Assembly (NCBI RefSeq): GCF_009834535.1
Contig: NC_045697.1
Location: 10,478,001-10,542,000, forward strand
DNA length: 64,000 nucleotides
Direction of reading: 5' to 3'
Source of the DNA: Camelus ferus
Taxonomy: Eukaryota
Below are positions 62,580 to 64,000 of the stretch, piece after piece (the first letter of the stretch is position 1; each line of letters begins with the position of its first letter). The position numbers were made by a program, and so were the translations under genes. The notes below the pieces were generated by a model that was not told where the DNA came from, did not search any database, and saw only the letters and a program-made list of their open reading frames with translations.

Positions 62580-63410
62580 GTTTGGTCAAACCTTCAAATC
62601 ACTGTTGACCCCTCTTGTTCATGACTCACATCCAGTCCATCACCAAATTCTATTGACTTTATCTTTAGAGTAGATCCCAAATCGAGGTCCTTCTCTCCAC
62701 TTCATTGCTGCCACCTTGGTCCCTGGCCACCATCGTCTCTCAGCTGGACGGTGGGGAACGCCTCTAACCTGCTGTTCAGTGTCGACCCACGACTCCCTGC
62801 GTGCTCCTCTCAGCACGGTGGTAGAGTGATCTTGTTCAGATGAAAGGCAGATCATGTCACTCCCCAGTGGCCTTCCATGGCACCCAAAGTGAAAGTTAGT
62901 CTTTATAATGACCTTCAAGATCCTACAGGACACGACACATCCTCCACGCCCCAGACCTTACATCCTACCATTCTCTCCCTGCTCACTCCTTCCCTTCTTT
63001 CCATCCCTACTAGCTTCCTAGTTGCTCCAGCTACACTCCAATCTCAGAGCCATTGCCCTGGCCACACCCTCTTGCTTGGAAAACTCTTTCCTAAGACAGC
63101 TCCTACCCTTGCTATCTTCTCAGCGAACCCTGCCCTGAAAACCCTATTTATAATTGCAACCTGCTCCCACTTCTCCTATACTTTCAATCCCCCTTAACAT
63201 GCTCTGCTTTTTCCTATCTTACTCTATAATTAAATGATTATTTTCTTACATTTATTGTTTATGGCCTTTCTCTCCCCGCACCCACCCCCAACTACTAGAA
63301 TCTCAGCTCCACGAGGGCAGGGAATTAAGTCTGACTATTGCATTGCCTTAGTAAGACGCCTGGCTCATAGAAGGACTCGACGCATGTTTGTTGACTGAAT
63401 GAATGAATAA
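62580..63410 (+). mobile_element. L2a 3' end with (TGAA)n tail
   Basis: tcaccaaattctattgactttatc, ccttccatggcaccc, ctccacgagggcaggg, gttgactgaatgaatgaataaa. Confidence 0.85.
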
Positions 63411-64000
63411 ATCATGGGATTTTCTGATGGGCTGCTCTGAAGACAAAATGTGCCAGACAGTCACCATCAAAATGGTATTTCCCTATGCTCTGTTTTTGTC
63501 CTCTGCCCAGGAAGAGTCCTATAATGGCTCCCTGCTGGATGTCAGCCCATCCATTACCGCGTAAGGGAGGTGAGAAAGCAGAGTGGTTACCCCAAGAGCC
63601 TTGCTTTCTGGCTCTGTCACTTACTAGTTGTTTAAGTCATCCTACCTGGACCTCAAGTTCCTCACCTGCAAATGGGAAGCAACGATACAAACCTCCCAGG
63701 CAAGAAGAGTAAGCGAGATGATGTAAAGCAGCATCTGAGCAGGATAGCTGCTATTCTGTAAGTCCTCTAGAGGACGTACAGCAGAGACACGGTCTTCCCC
63801 TGCAATCATCTCAAAGTCAGATGACGCCCCTGGTTCTAAGGAATTGGGAACTGGGGCAAGTGTGCCAGTCACACCTTGTGACCTTTGTCCATCACACCCT
63901 CCTTCAATTGTCTCCACATGCAGCTAATTTTCCCCATTTTCATTTCCTCTTCCATGCAGGGCAGACATCTCTCTGTAACAATCTTTGCCAGTGAAACAGG

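Noticed and set aside
1-64000. CRISPR-like arrays, a second gene or a novel multi-gene system
   Set aside because: Tandem repeats have only two units and no spacers; no other spliceable coding exons were recognised on either strand

Overview
Mammalian genomic DNA, most likely camelid: two tRNA-derived SINEs match the camelid Vic-type pattern as I recall it, and no Bov-A/BovB or PRE-1 SINEs were recognised. The only protein-coding gene I can support is CD38 (ADP-ribosyl cyclase/cADPR hydrolase 1) on the + strand. Exons 2-8 lie at 6584-21160, all GT-AG, with coding lengths 130/136/86/74/93/87/64 nt that splice into one open frame of 222 aa. Exon 1 (cytoplasmic tail and TM helix) is not in the window and should lie upstream. 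The remaining ~43 kb is intergenic and repeat-rich: young L1 3' ends with perfect target-site duplications (TSDs), old L1M/L2, and MLT1/MLT2/ERVL LTRs. Two retroelement relics show up only on translation: a MER21-type class III provirus with RT, RNase H and integrase remnants (55.3-59.2 kb), and a very decayed LINE ORF2, possibly RTE-X/L4-like (49.9-52.9 kb). The six N-runs behave like same-length masks inside repeats. I found no evidence for a novel multi-gene system. The best leads are CD38 active-site and glycan changes, a strong intronic CTCF site, a templated-insertion scar and the two relics. Repeat family names and human CD38 numbering come from memory, not from a database search.
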